DNA of 64,000 nt from Podarcis tiliguerta. Taxonomy: Eukaryota. Location of the stretch: the NCBI GenBank assembly GCA_965153285.1, contig OZ229129.1. One strand, given 5' to 3'. Every line of letters starts with the position of its first letter. Position 1 is the first letter of the stretch. This document shows, one piece after another, positions 25,144 to 37,800 of the stretch. The notes under the pieces were generated by a model. The model was not told where the DNA came from, searched no databases, and saw nothing but the letters and a program-made list of their open reading frames with translations. A program made the translations under genes and the position numbers.

Positions 25144-27379
25144 TTGCTGGGAGAGACCAGGGAGAATATGTCACACTTCATATTTTTTGAACAACTCTCA
25201 GCAGGTCCAGTCAACATGATGGGCCTTGTGGGAGTTGCAATCAAACATCTAAAGGACACAAACTTGGTGAAAGCTGCTGCACAGTGAGGCCTCTGCTCAA
25301 AAGAGCATGTCTTCTCTGTCAGAGCCAAGGTGTATCTAGTCCAGCACCCTGCTTCCATCAAGGACTAACCTGATCCCCCTGGATGTTCTTAAGTGGCTCC
25401 CCAGCAGTTGGTATTCAGAGGTAGACTGCTCCTTCAACAGGAAGTTCTATTTGGCTATTCAAACCACTGACCATTGATGAACTCAGCCAAACCCAGGTTC
25501 TAGAGAAGGCTTCGCCAACCTGGTGTAGCCCAAAACATCTCGGGGGGGGGGGTGGCACTATATTGGCAAAGGTCCAACACAGGGTGTATGTGAAAAAAAT
25601 GGCATTATTGCACTTTGAAAGGAAAAAAATCTAGGAGAAAAGAGGGGAAATGTTTTCAAATAGCACCTTTAACCCAACAGAGCAAAACGCTTGCTTTGCC
25701 GCCAGGTCCATAAGGGAATGCAAGCAGGACGTTTTCGTAAGATCAGCCGTATCAATGGAACAACTCCCCTAGGAGGAAAATATGCAGCTTTCAGAACTTT
25801 GAAGTTTAGAGGAAAAGCAAGTTAGAGGCAATGGAACCAGAGGTTCTAAAATCCTGCAAGACTTGCAGAAAGTGGGTAGGAAAAGTGTTTTTCTCCATCT
25901 CTCATAACACCAGAACTCATGCAGGAACCAATGCAGGAAGATTCAGAGCAGATAAGAGAGTCTACTGGATCTGGCCACTGGCCCCTCTACTCCATCATCC
26001 TGTTCACAGTGGCCACCCGGGTGCTCCTTAAGGGAAACTCACAAACAGGACAGGAGCACAAGAGCAACTCTCCCGTCCTGCAGTTTGCAGCAGCTGGGAT
26101 TGAGAAGCACGCCTGTCCTGCCCATGCAAGCAGTGCTGACGGGCAGGGAGGCTTCTTCCCTGTGCATTAGCTCTGCCCATGCACAGAGCAGCCCTGTGTC
26201 TTTGGCTGACATCTTGGTGGTCACGGTGGGAACAGGATGCTCAACTAGATGGTCCCCCTTTGACCTGGTGCAGAAGGCTCCTCTGACATTCCTATACACT
26301 GCTGGTGAAGACAAGCTGCACGTGTTGCCTCAGAACATGGTCACTCCAACCCTGCAAGGGAGGGAGAAATATAATGCCAGATGAAAACTCAAACCATCTT
26401 AGTCAGGTCAACAGAAAAGTCCAGGCAGGAGAGTTCCCACTTCCCAGTTCAGCCATGGAGAGCCCAGCAGCAGCCAAATATTGAGAGCCATGCCACCCAG
26501 GAGCACATGCCAGCTTACTTCCTGGGCACATTTGACAAGGCAGTACATCCCACTGAGCACTTCAGGACTCAATTCCAAGTAAGCATACGCAGGATATGGA
26601 CAGCATAGCTGCACTGCAGAAAGTCTCTCTCCAGGGTCAGGCAGGCTGCTGCACTTCAAGGACTAAGGAGAACTAAGATGCTGGTGAAAGGCAGCCCTTA
26701 AGATTTCTAGAGACTTGTGCCCCCTAGTGACAAAAGTTCCTGCTCCTCTGCAGCTGCTCTGGGTCAGCAGTTGGGCTCTAGAAAAAAACATTTCCAGGAA
26801 AACCAAGAACACAACATAAAGAGGAGCTAGGCTGTACCAAATCTGACCACAGGTGCATCCAGAGTTCTGTACTGACTGTGAGGAGCCCACCATAGTATCA
26901 GACAACTTGACATTCCCAACCCTACCCAAGGAGGCCAAGGATTACCCTGTGGAACTTCTGCTTGCACCTCACCTTCCCCACAGAAGCTGATATGGCTTCC
27001 AACCTTCCATGTGCAGTACCCGCACACGTTGTCCCCTCTTAGTGTACAGAAAAGTGTGTTGTTGTTGTTGTTGTTTAAAGGGAAAGAAACTATCATAAAG
27101 CAGCAGCATAATCCATTACATTTTCACCAAGGAGTAAACTGCAGTGAGCGCAGCAGGCTTTGCTCCCAAAAAAGAAGACATAGGATTCATCTAACATCAC
27201 AACCAAGAATAACTGAAAAGAACCTCCATGGCCAGTGGAAGTCTACCCTACCCAAAGAGGCCAGGGATTATCCTGTGGAACCTCTGCCTGCATCTCACCT
27301 TTCCCACAGAAGCTAAAGGCACCAAGGAGGAAGGAATGGGACATGGGGTACTCAAGCCAAAATATGGGGCGGGGGGACC

Positions 27380-28300
27380 AAGACGCAGCGTCTTTGCGTC
27401 CTTTTTTTGCACTGGAGTGCGCGTGGCACGCGCTGGGCCAACATAACCCACCAACACAACCCACCGCGCCAGGCGCTGCCCTCGCCACCAACGACGTGCC
27501 CAGGGCGCAAAGTCTTCCGCGCGTCAACTCAGCCTGGCCACCAGAGCCAAGCGGGGCTGCGCTTCGCCCCTGCCTGCCCTTGCCAAGAGAAGCTTGGTCG
27601 GCAGGCAAATCCCGCTCCCCCACGCTGGCCTGGGACGCGCGGCGGCTACTCCAAGCCGGGTCCTGGCGGCACTCAGGGCGGGACGGGGTTCCCTGCGTGG
27701 GGGCGCCTGGCTCCCGCCCCCTAAAAATCGCGCGCTTGGGACTAGCGTCTCCCTGGCCCATGTCCATACACACGTGCTCTCCGCATCTTCAGACCCGACT
27801 CTTTCCCCAGCCCTGCCTGGAAATACTGCGGGTAGAGTAACCCTGGTCTCACTCCGCCGCCCCCCCCCCACACCGGACACATCCCCAAAGCCACAGGCAA
27901 GGCTGGGGTGAAGAGCCAGAGGAGAGTTCGGGGTCTCTAAAGTTGCGCGGGACTCCGGAGTTCGGAGGCGAAGCGAGGCGGCTCCCCAACCCCCCTTATC
28001 CCCCGCCAGAACCCTACCTACCCCAGGACTCTCCGGCGTCCCGCAGCACTTGGAAAGGGCAGGGATGCGCTCCGCCCGGATGCTGAGCGGAACCGCGGCC
28101 AGGAGCGCACCCTTCGCCAAGAAAGAGGAGGAGGAGGAGGTGCAGCAGCGAGCGCGCTCCAAGCACCCATTGCCACCCTCCCTCCCGCAGCGCCAGGCAG
28201 ATGGAAGTAGAGAAGACGCCGAGGACGCCCCAGCTGATAGAAACAGAGATCCGCAGCCCCGCCCCCTGGCCAGTTTAAACTCCAGCGAGTTAAAGGGACT
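27380..28300 (-). promoter_or_regulatory. CpG island with GC box and a probable minus-strand first exon
   Basis: High CpG density; GCCCCGCCCC at about 28256-28265; minus-strand ATG at 28170 in GTGGCAATGG; leucine run in a shifted frame; donor-like GTAGGT near 28020. Confidence 0.65.
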
Positions 28301-28969
28301 CTGCTTCCCCATTTCACTGGGACCACACACCCTCCAATAAATTAAACCCCCTATATCTTGCGAATACACGTGTATTCAAGCTTATAGCCTGGTTCCCCAA
28401 GGAAATCCAAAAGACCCCATGGCCGCCAACTTTTCAGCCTCCTCCAGACCCTGCCTTGAGAGTCGGCTCCCTAACAGGCTCCATTGTTTCCCTTTCTGTC
28501 CCTGGAATTGTCACCTGAAGATTTCTTTCTACCCCTGCGTTTCCCTTAAAGGCACAAGCACACCTGGCAGGCTGAAAGACTGCAGGTTAGCGAAGGCTGA
28601 CTTAAGCATGCAGGTGGGAGCCACAGGCACAGCAGAAAGATACAGGAGCTTTGGCAAAAATCTATAATCTAATTTCCAAAGAACATCCAGCATTTAGGGT
28701 GGCGATTCTAGGAAAGAACAGCTGTCCATCTGGGTCTTCTAACCAGAAGTCAAACAAACAAGAATTAAGCCCGCAAAACTTTTCTGTTTCTTATTCGCCT
28801 CTCTGCCCCCAATCTCAGCTAAGTAGGAGCTGACACTACACAGGTGGGAAAAGGTGGCACTCTGCACATTCTCGTAGTCATTGGGACTTTGGGACTCTGG
28901 CTGAAATTAATTTTCAGCACACACATACTTGGGAGTAAGTCCCACTGGACTCAACAATAGTAATTGTGA

Positions 28970-29697
28970 TTTTAGAAAAACTACAATGTTTAGAGGAGTG
29001 GCTGGTTTAGCAGACTTGGCTGCCACCGAGTGCTACAATGACAGAGTTCCTGGTTTGTTTTAATTGTTGCGTTGGTGACCAGCTCAAAGTGAAGAAACCT
29101 CCAAGCCTTGACAGAAACATGCTAGGAGAACAAATGAACTTTGGACACATTACCCACGTTGGAACAAAAGAGATGGCTAGTGCCCTTCCATCAGTTGGGC
29201 AAATTCAGGAACAAATGAATTCCAAAGGAGGCTACAACAACAATAATCCTTCAACTGCAAAGGTGTAAGATGTCTGAATGAGAGAATGAAATGCCAGTTT
29301 GGTGATGTGATGCTTTGAAAGCAGCTGGTTGTAAAGAGGAAAACGGCCCGATTTTATTTTATACATTGTTATATTTAGACTACTAATCTGCTAGTAAGGC
29401 TGTGAAATGCTAAATTTAATGCCACCTCGTTTCTGTGGAAGCCTGTTATTGTTGGAAATTGAATCTTGACATAACTACTTAGATATAGCATCATGACCAC
29501 AATTTGTTGTCTAAATAGCTACATTTTAATGAACAACTCCACTAAAGATGCCTCAGGTTTTGGAGTTCTGCTGGGGGACTGGAGAGACTAGGTTACACTG
29601 TTTTAAATTTAGAAAATTGCAGAGTGATTCACAAACCTTGGCTCCCATAAAATAAAACCTTCCATTAAGAATCTTCAATTAAAAAACAAAAAGACAA
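28970..29697 (+). mobile_element. Retroposed mRNA copy (CDC42 small effector-like) with TSD
   Basis: Intronless ORF; AATAAA at about 29651; degenerate poly(A) at about 29681-29697; TSD AACAATAGTAATT(G/A)TGA at 28953-28969 and 29698-29714. Confidence 0.9.
29038..29268 (+). CDS. CDC42 small effector protein (CDC42SE2-like) retrocopy ORF, intact 76 aa
   Basis: MTEFLVCFNCCVGDQ...LDRNMLGEQMNFGHITHVG...IQEQMNSKGGY versus CDC42SE2 MSEFWLCFNCC..IDRSMIGEPTNFVHTAHVG..IQNQMQSKGGY; exact paralogue uncertain. Confidence 0.8.
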   Translation: MTEFLVCFNCCVGDQLKVKKPPSLDRNMLGEQMNFGHITHVGTKEMASALPSVGQIQEQMNSKGGYNNNNPSTAKV

Positions 29698-29747
29698 AAC
29701 AATAGTAATTATGAAAATTGTGAAGCACCGACACCTTCTGAACCCAG

Positions 29748-30102
29748 GTAAAGGTAAAAAGACCCCTGACCATTAGGTCCAGTTGTGGCTGACTCTGGGG
29801 TTGCAGCGCTCATCTCTCTTTATTGGCCGAGGGAGCTGATGTCCAGCTTCTAGGTCATATGTTCAGCATAACTAAGCTGCTTTTGGCGAACCAGAGCACC
29901 ACATGGATATGCCGTTTACCTTCCCACTGGAGTGGTACCTATTTATCTACTTGCACTTTGATGTGCTTTCAAACTGCTAGGTTGGCAGGAGCAGGGACCG
30001 AGCAACGGGAGCTCACCCTGTCATTGCGGGGATTCAAACCGCAGACCTTCTAGAGCAAGTCCTAGGCTCTGTGGTTTAACCCACGGCGCCGCCCGCATCC
30101 CG
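29748..30102 (-). mobile_element. Sauria SINE (POM-type)
   Basis: Same family as 21830; TSD TCTGAACCCAG at 29737-29747 and 30103-30113. Confidence 0.95.
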
Positions 30103-30376
30103 TCTGAACCCAGAAAGGGCACTTAAATTTTATGAATTAACAAAATTGCAATGTTTAAAGTGTCCACTGTTTCTTTGCAAAAGTGGAGGATAGGGAGAGA
30201 ATCAGAACAGGTAAGGGCCACACTACTTTTCACTCTTTTAATTAATCTGAAGAAGCACAAACTTGAGGAATATCCACTTTATGAAATAATGATTGAGAGC
30301 TGTTCTAAGACATTTTGCTGAGGGCAAAGGAGTGGCCAGTTTCTTCTAGCACACAAGGCAGAAAAGCAACAAAGCA

Positions 30377-30590
30377 CATGGGTAGGCAAACAAAGGCCTG
30401 GGGGCCGGATCCGGCCCAATAGCCTTCTAAACCTGGCCTGCGGACAGTCCGGGAATCTCTGCATTTTTACATGAGCAGAATGTGTCCTTTTATTTAAAAT
30501 GCCTCTCTGGGTTATTTGTGAGGCATAGGAATTCCTCCCCCCCAAAAAAATAATATAGTCGGGCCCCGCACAAGGTCTGGGGTGTCCCTC
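30377..30590. mobile_element. Non-autonomous hAT-like fragment
   Basis: CATGGGTAGGCAAAC..AGGCC.GGGGGCCGGATCCGGCCC terminus resembles hAT MITEs (recalled). Confidence 0.5.
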
Positions 30591-32636
30591 CTCAGCAGTG
30601 CTCTCCTGCTCCTTGTCCATAAAACATACAATAATAATAAATTAAAATCAGGAAAAACCTGTTGTCCCTCTCAGGGCATCTAAAATCAGCTCCCTGAGGC
30701 AGCCATCCTATTCTGATGACCAGGAACCCGCAGGTAATACTCCTCAGCACCTCTATACCAATAAAACACTCCTCCCCTTCTAGTTCTGCCACGCAGCTGT
30801 TTAAAGCACCGCTTTCACCTGAAAAGTAGCAGCCTTGCTATTCCTTTTCCTGCAACATCCCATGCTCCCATTTCTAGGCAGGCCACTTCAACTTCATCTA
30901 GCAGTCAGTCGCTTTCTTCACTGACTTCCCAGTGCCCCTGTGCAAGCTCTACGGGCTCACTGACATCCCTGAGGTCCATAGACTATGCTGCCAGCCACAG
31001 GGCAGACAATTTCCGCAAGCTGAACAAGGAGAGGGAATTCCACTACTCTGTCATCCGGTACAAGCTGAATCACATGGTTTCCATGCTGCCTAGGAGGGGC
31101 AATGCAGCAGAAAACTGCATAGGCTGCTACCCAGTGAGGTGCAACTTAAAGCCTAGGCAGCGGATCAGCACGAGCCTCATAAACCTCAGAGACTTTGCAC
31201 TTTATTCATCAAATGACTGCTTCTGAGAAATGGAATCGTGAGAGCTGGCACACATAACTGCCATACAGGGGGTGCTGCTGGCTTGGTGGTGGTTGTTTTT
31301 TTAACTTGGCTGCCCAGCCATCTTGGTGATACTGCAAGCCTTTCTCAGGCTTTGCCGTGCCATGGAGAAGAATATGCACATTATACCTTGCGGCACAAAG
31401 GTAGCCATCGCATGGAAACACCTTCAGGTTGCTCTTTGTGGCTTGCATTTTGTGCTCCAGCCTTCACACTTGGTCAATTCTGTACTGCCCTTACAAATGT
31501 TGCTTTCTAGTGCTATTTTGATCTAAGAAATCATGGGCTAACTTGGCTTCATCAAGGGACTATAATATTAGATGTTTAGAAAGTGCAAAAAGAAAGTGTT
31601 TGCAACTTTGATGGTAGTAATGATCTTTCTAAAAGATAAACATTGCTAATTTTTGCATAGTTTCTGTATGCACGTCAGCTATATTTATAAATGAATCATC
31701 ATCATCATCTTTATACCCCCCCCCCCAATTTGGCTGGCTTTCCCAAGGGACTCTGGGGGGCTTACAGCATATCTAAAAACATCCAGCATTAAAAATCTCC
31801 TGATACACGGCTCAGGAGATCGAGAGGGAGAAGAAAGAGAAGGCAGGAAGGGTAACCATGTCAGACCACTAACTCCTCGAAATACAAATGTCTTCCGGAT
31901 AGATTGCCCATAAACTCCACCCTTGGTCTAACACGGTTACCTCTTCCATGCTTAGCTAATCTGTTCCTCCTTCCCTCTCTGAGGAAGAAACCCTATACCT
32001 TTTTCCAATACAAATGTTTAACTTTAACATATAAAATACATACTAATATAAGCAACATCAAAATACCGAAAAACCAGTATAATCACAGGGTGCCAAGCCA
32101 AATTTAAAATGTTGGTCACGGTAGGGCTCTATCCTGAAAAGATGTCTCACCAATGGTGTGTGGTTCAATCCTGAATATCCTGAGTGACTCTTCTTAGCTT
32201 GGCTTGTTTTGCTACAGCAATATTAGTACTTTGCATTATGACACATTCCAAGTTTTTCCACAATCTTCATGTACTTTCTCATTCCTTTTCTCCAAGCAGA
32301 CTGAATCCCTCGCAAACACCCCATCGGATACCTGCAGCCACACAACACAAACGCTGCCAGCACTGAACTTTTCAGTTACATCAACCACTCCACATTCGCT
32401 GAGGTTGCATTTGCATTCCTCTCAGCCAGGAATGCCTCCTTCAGGAGGTACAATGACACCATTTGCAGCCACTGGAATCAGCCAGCAAGTGATCCACAAG
32501 AGCCAGATTCTGGACTTGAAGAATCCCAAGCACAGTTATCTGGATTTTTCATTCTGGCCAAAATTATGCCAATAACCTTCAACTAAATTTGGCATCAATT
32601 GTGTCTTTACCTGGGGAGGTCTTGGGGGTCTTAACA

Positions 32637-32830
32637 CGCAAGGCACCAAAGTCAGCCGTGGAAATCTTGCAACATGTCATAGATTTCATAGGTCCTCTCC
32701 AGTTGTACAGAAGATAGAAGGAGAGAGAGAAAAGACCTTGACTGGGAAAAGGATCAGATGTATTAACACTGTGCATCCAGTAATGAAGAGACCACCATCA
32801 TTCACTTCCAGATAACCTGTAGAACATGAG
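32637..32830 (+). pseudogene. ID3: Older ID3 retrocopy fragment (HLH helix 2 and 3' UTR); another copy at about 59499-59610
   Basis: QGTKVS-VEILQHVID, then a UTR matching 48420-48545; no Gypsy at the homologous site. Confidence 0.75.
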
Positions 32831-34186
32831 TCCGCCCAGGCAGTTTCAGATGCCTTGACTGGTCTTCCAGAAACAACTTGCTGCCCTCAATCTGTTATTC
32901 TCTTCCAATGGCCTGAAAACAAAATTTGCAGGCCGGGGAGGGGTGGTGGTGAAAGCAACCCCACTTTATAATAACTATCATATTGCTGTATTAAACAAGA
33001 AGAAATTTTGCATAAGAAAAAATTTTGTGGGGTTTGAGTGAGAGACTGGGCGGATTATTTATTTATTTATTTATTTTAAAAAAAGCTCTGAACACTCAGA
33101 TTCTTCATGCTAATTTACTGGTCAGGAGATTTCTTACTGAAATCGCACACTTCCAAAATTGCAACAGCTAGTGACAAATGTGGACTGATCTGTCGTTTGC
33201 TCAGGAAAAAGGGCAACAACAAAAAAAACAACTTTGCATATATGCAGCTTGTATGTATATTTTGGAATATAGTTTTTTAACAACATTTTTTTTTTGGGTG
33301 AAGGGGGGTATATGGAAACCTATAATATCATTTATAATTTAATCTGTTAATTGCATTTTATTTACATACAGCAAAGGGAAGCCTAGTGCAATTAGATATA
33401 TTTTAATTTAGGTAATCTATGTAACAGGCTTGTGTTAGAAAATGAGTATGGATTTTGAATTTGATGTTTGAAATATTTTTTGGTTTTGAAATAAAAATTA
33501 AAAAAAGGAAAAGAAACAATTTGCAGCCACTGGAATCAGCCAGCAAGTGATCCACAAGAGCCAGACTCTGGGCTTGAAGAATTCCAAGCACATTTATCTG
33601 GCTTTTTCATTCTCTCTGCAAGAGGAGAGAAGTGAAAGGCAGTGCTGACACAGTCATTAGGGAGGTGCATTCAGGGATTAATTAACAAAAAAGGGGAGGG
33701 GATCCTAACAGCTAGAAAGGGTGCTCTGCTTGGAAAGCGGCAAAGAGCTGGCTGCTTCGTCCCTTCCTCCTCCTCCTCCTCCTCCTCCTCCTCCTCCTCC
33801 AGCTAATGGAGGCTTGGAGGCCTGAAGTAAAGCGGTCCAAGTTCTTGGCTTAATCTCCTCCACAATTCACACCCTGCCATCACAGAACTTTTGTCTCACT
33901 TAAAGTGTTCAACCTTTTCTGAGGATGCACACCTCAGAACACAGAGGGACAGAGGAAGCTAAAAGGACAGGCTGCACAACAAGCCAATGACTTCTGTCTT
34001 GCAGGTAAATTTTCGGATGACCCAGACTTTTTCTCAAAAGGGGGGGGGGGAGAGGAAGAACCACTGGAATATTGAGATGAAGAGGAGGAGGAAGAAGAGG
34101 AGTACGACAAGATTGGTAACCACAGAATGCTTTCCATTATTGAAGTTACAAGAGATGCATTCTGACAGAATGAAAAGCTTAGTACA

Positions 34187-34480
34187 AATGAGAAGACATT
34201 CCGTTGTCTCCATAATGAGGACCAAATGGCTGTGTAGAACTTGTCTTGTGGAATTAGAAAGTTTGCTGCTGATGCAGTTAAACTGGAGCAGATGATAAAG
34301 GAACGAATGTCCAATGCTGCAAATGGAAAGTAGGCATGCCAAACTTATTGGAAGCTGTATGGCTGTACAAGCTGCATATGAATGGATTTTCTGTATTCCA
34401 GGCTTTTTATATGATTTTGCAAACTTAACATATTCTCAGTGTTTGGCTCTTTTGTATATCAAAATTGATACTGCTGGGGG
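34187..34480 (+). pseudogene. TALDO1: TALDO1 fragment, copy 2
   Basis: [47 protein letters not shown]. Confidence 0.92.
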
Positions 34481-34610
34481 GGGGGGGATTGCAGATGACT
34501 AAAGGACCAATTGACTGGAAGGGTTTTCCTTCAAAATGGTGGTGGAAGTGGTAATAATAAAAGAATCGTGGTACAAAAAAAATAATTAAAATATTTAAAA
34601 AAAGTTTATA

Positions 34611-34800
34611 GTGCAGATGCTCACCTTTGTTGCTGCCTTGTTCAATGGTCTGACACTGCTGCAACTGGCTCCGATTTCATTTTTCACTATTCCCCTTCTT
34701 AATGAAAAGCACCAGGTTGAAATTGACCATTCTTGTGAACCAGAATCTCAGAAATGCACTGGCAAAAGTCCCAAGTTAAACCCAGGGATGAAGTGCAAAC
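34611..34800 (+). pseudogene. RTN4: RTN4 fragment copy
   Basis: [32 protein letters not shown]. Confidence 0.85.
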
Positions 34801-34814
34801 CTCAACCCCTCAAG

Positions 34815-37800
34815 GGTTGGAGGCTGGAGGGAAGACTGAGGTTGGCAGGGCAGAGCCCCATTTGCCCTAATAGGCCAGCTTCCACTGATACTTGTCCAGA
34901 TTAATGCCTGCTGATACCGCAGGCACACAATCAGAAAAGCACCCTTTATCTGAACCAAGATGGCGCCGAGGCAAATCACGCTCTCCGGCACTCACTTTTA
35001 TTCTTTTAAAACCTTATCTTAATTGCCCTCCGGATGCCAATTTCTAACAAATGGAAAACATTTTAAAGATTCTGAGCACTTTTATAATTCCTGTTGGCTC
35101 TGTGAGCTTCAGCTGCTCCCTCCCTCCTTATCAGCTGCACGGGCAAGGTTGCCAGAGAGGAGAGAACACTGCTGCCTGAACTGCCTGAACTGAGAGCAGA
35201 GAGAGAAGAGGTCTAAAGACAGAACTGCGAACCGCCTATCTGACCACCTGTGCCTGGAGAAGGAGGGTAAGGAGAGACACGACTGTGAGCCCTGCTTTGA
35301 GACTGGCCCATAGACACCCAGCTCTGTTGAACACAGAGAAAGATAAAACTTGGAGATTCGGGGGTTAACTCAACTGATTGACCCCCACCCAGCTGGGGGG
35401 CTGTGTGAACTAGCCGGGGACAGCATTCCTGCTTCGCAGCTGAAGAGGAAGTGCAGTAGCTGGAAAGACTTCATTTTAACAAACTGTTCTGAGGAGACCA
35501 GCATTTATACTTTCAGAGACTCCTGGTGAAGGCATCCTGAGTTTTCTACAGGAAGTTTTTAATCTACATAATAATTCTATATGTAGATTAAAACCGGCTT
35601 CAGCAAGATATCGCTCTGTGCCCCACCTTATGTGGTAGGCCTCTGAAAGACTGCTTAGAAGGAATCAGTGAACCAGCTCACAGAAAGCCCACAGAAAGTT
35701 TCCCTTCTGGGGCTCTTGGATATCCTTCGTTCAGCATAGGGCGGTGGGAGATGGCCTTTAAAGACTAAGTTAGGGCCCGAAATACAAGGTTATCATAGCT
35801 GTACATGTGCTATAGCCAAATTCCACTATTATCCTCTTCCAGCTGCACATAAATTTTAATGTAGTTTTTAGTCGTTCTATTACTGCTGTCCTTTTGGCAG
35901 CATTGTTTTTTATTATTACATTCTGACTAGGTTGCAGCATTTGTGAAATGGCACTGGTTGCATGATTGAGGTGAAAACTACAGGCTTAGGACAATCGCCA
36001 AAATCTAAAAGCAGAGAACTTAAAATAGAGAAATATACTGAGGTTGTTGATGAGCACATCAGAAAGCTGCTGCAGAGAGCAGGTGGGAATACAGATTGAT
36101 ACCCCCATTTGCCCCCCAATTCAAGGCAGTTGCACCCGGGGTAAACTGCCCTCTCTCTATATTAAGACAACTTTTAACATGGTTTTTACTAGAAGAACAT
36201 ATAAGGAGTTGGGTATACTCCCTGACTCGGCAATCAGCCCACCAGGTTGTGGTAAAAGACAAAGCAAAATCACAATCATATGTCGATGAATCAGAATCAT
36301 ATGTCGATGAGCTAATGAATCAAACTCCTGCAGTGGCAGTGCTGCTGGCTGGGGATTTAAATGCCAGAATTGGCCAATCAGACGAAGCGTTATATGCTCA
36401 TTTCCATGACGTACCTCCCATTTCCGAAGAAGCCCACTCTATTCCCCCAAGGCTCTCAAAACACAAGGGCTGCAACTACGCAGGCCTATGCCTTCTACGT
36501 TTTTCCAACAATCTGGATCTGACTGTATTAAATGGTCGTGTCGACAGAGAACCCAGTGGGGAATTTACATTTATATCCATCATGGGAGCCTCCACTATCG
36601 ATTACGTCCTGGTGTCAGCTAACCTTTTGAGCAGAGCACGGGATTGTAAAGTGGTGGAGAGGGTTGCCAGCGACCATCTACCGCTCTGTTTAATACTGGA
36701 TGTAAGAAAAGATTTATTTTGTTCTGATAAACTTGTAGCCCCATGTTTTGAAAACATGGAGCTAAGATACTCACGTATTAAATGGTCCAGCAAATTGAGT
36801 AATGAAATATTGGAAAGACTTCACTCAGATACCTTTCTTGCTAGAAAGGAGAACCTCGTTAATTCCCCAACTCCTGAGGCTAGATTAGATATGTTCCGGG
36901 AACTGATTTCATCCTTACAACCTTATCTGACCAACAAAAAAACGTCACGGCAATCTCTACACTCTAATAAATCCAAACCTTGGTTTGACCAAGAATGCAT
37001 GGCTATGAAACGCCTTCTGCTGGATAAGTACAGGAACTATAGATCAGCGAACTTACCTTCGCTTCCATTAGACTGGTTTGAGTTAAAACGCAGTTATAAA
37101 GTTTTGATTAACAAGAAAAAGCTCCAGGCACAAAGGGAGGAATGGCAGTGCCTAGTGGAGGCATCCCAAAGGAAAGATTCTGCCACCTTTTGGAAAACAA
37201 TTGCAAAAAGCTGGATAGACTCCCCGATTGAAATCGAATACTCTATACCCGCTGGAGCATGGGAGGCCCATTTCCTCTCATTATATTCATCAAATCAACT
37301 GGTCCCAGTTCTGCTTCCTACTTCAAGTGAATTTGGCAAGGAATAGCCCCCTGTAACCACAGAAGAAATTACTGGCCTTATTCAATCTCTCAAATCAGGG
37401 AAAGCCCCGGGTGCTGACAATATCCCACCAGAAATTCTTAAGGCAAATGTTGAATGGTGGGCCCCTGTGCTAGCCGCCTTGTTCACTAGTATAAATCAAG
37501 CGGCTATTATCCCCAAGGACTGGGGTTTAGCCATCATCATTCCAGTATTCAAGAAAGGAAACAGAACTGAGCCAGCTAACTACAGACCAATCAGTCTATT
37601 AAGTATTATTAGCAAACTGTATGCTGCTCATTTATGTAATAAATTAGTGGAGTGGATGGAAAGAGAGCATATCCTATCAGAAGCTCAAGCTGGTTTTAGA
37701 GCAAAGCATTCAACTATAGACCAGGCCCTTATTCTTCAACATCTGACAGACAAATACTCTAGAAAAGGGGGGTCTTTATATGCAGCTTTTGTGGATTTCA

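Noticed and set aside
26290-28170. Naming the CpG-island gene as tapasin-related
   Set aside because: Only a vague resemblance in the peptide, and the splice phases do not join cleanly.
27235-28369. Long overlapping ORFs (201, 176 and 281 aa)
   Set aside because: Expected from stop-codon scarcity in a GC-rich CpG island.
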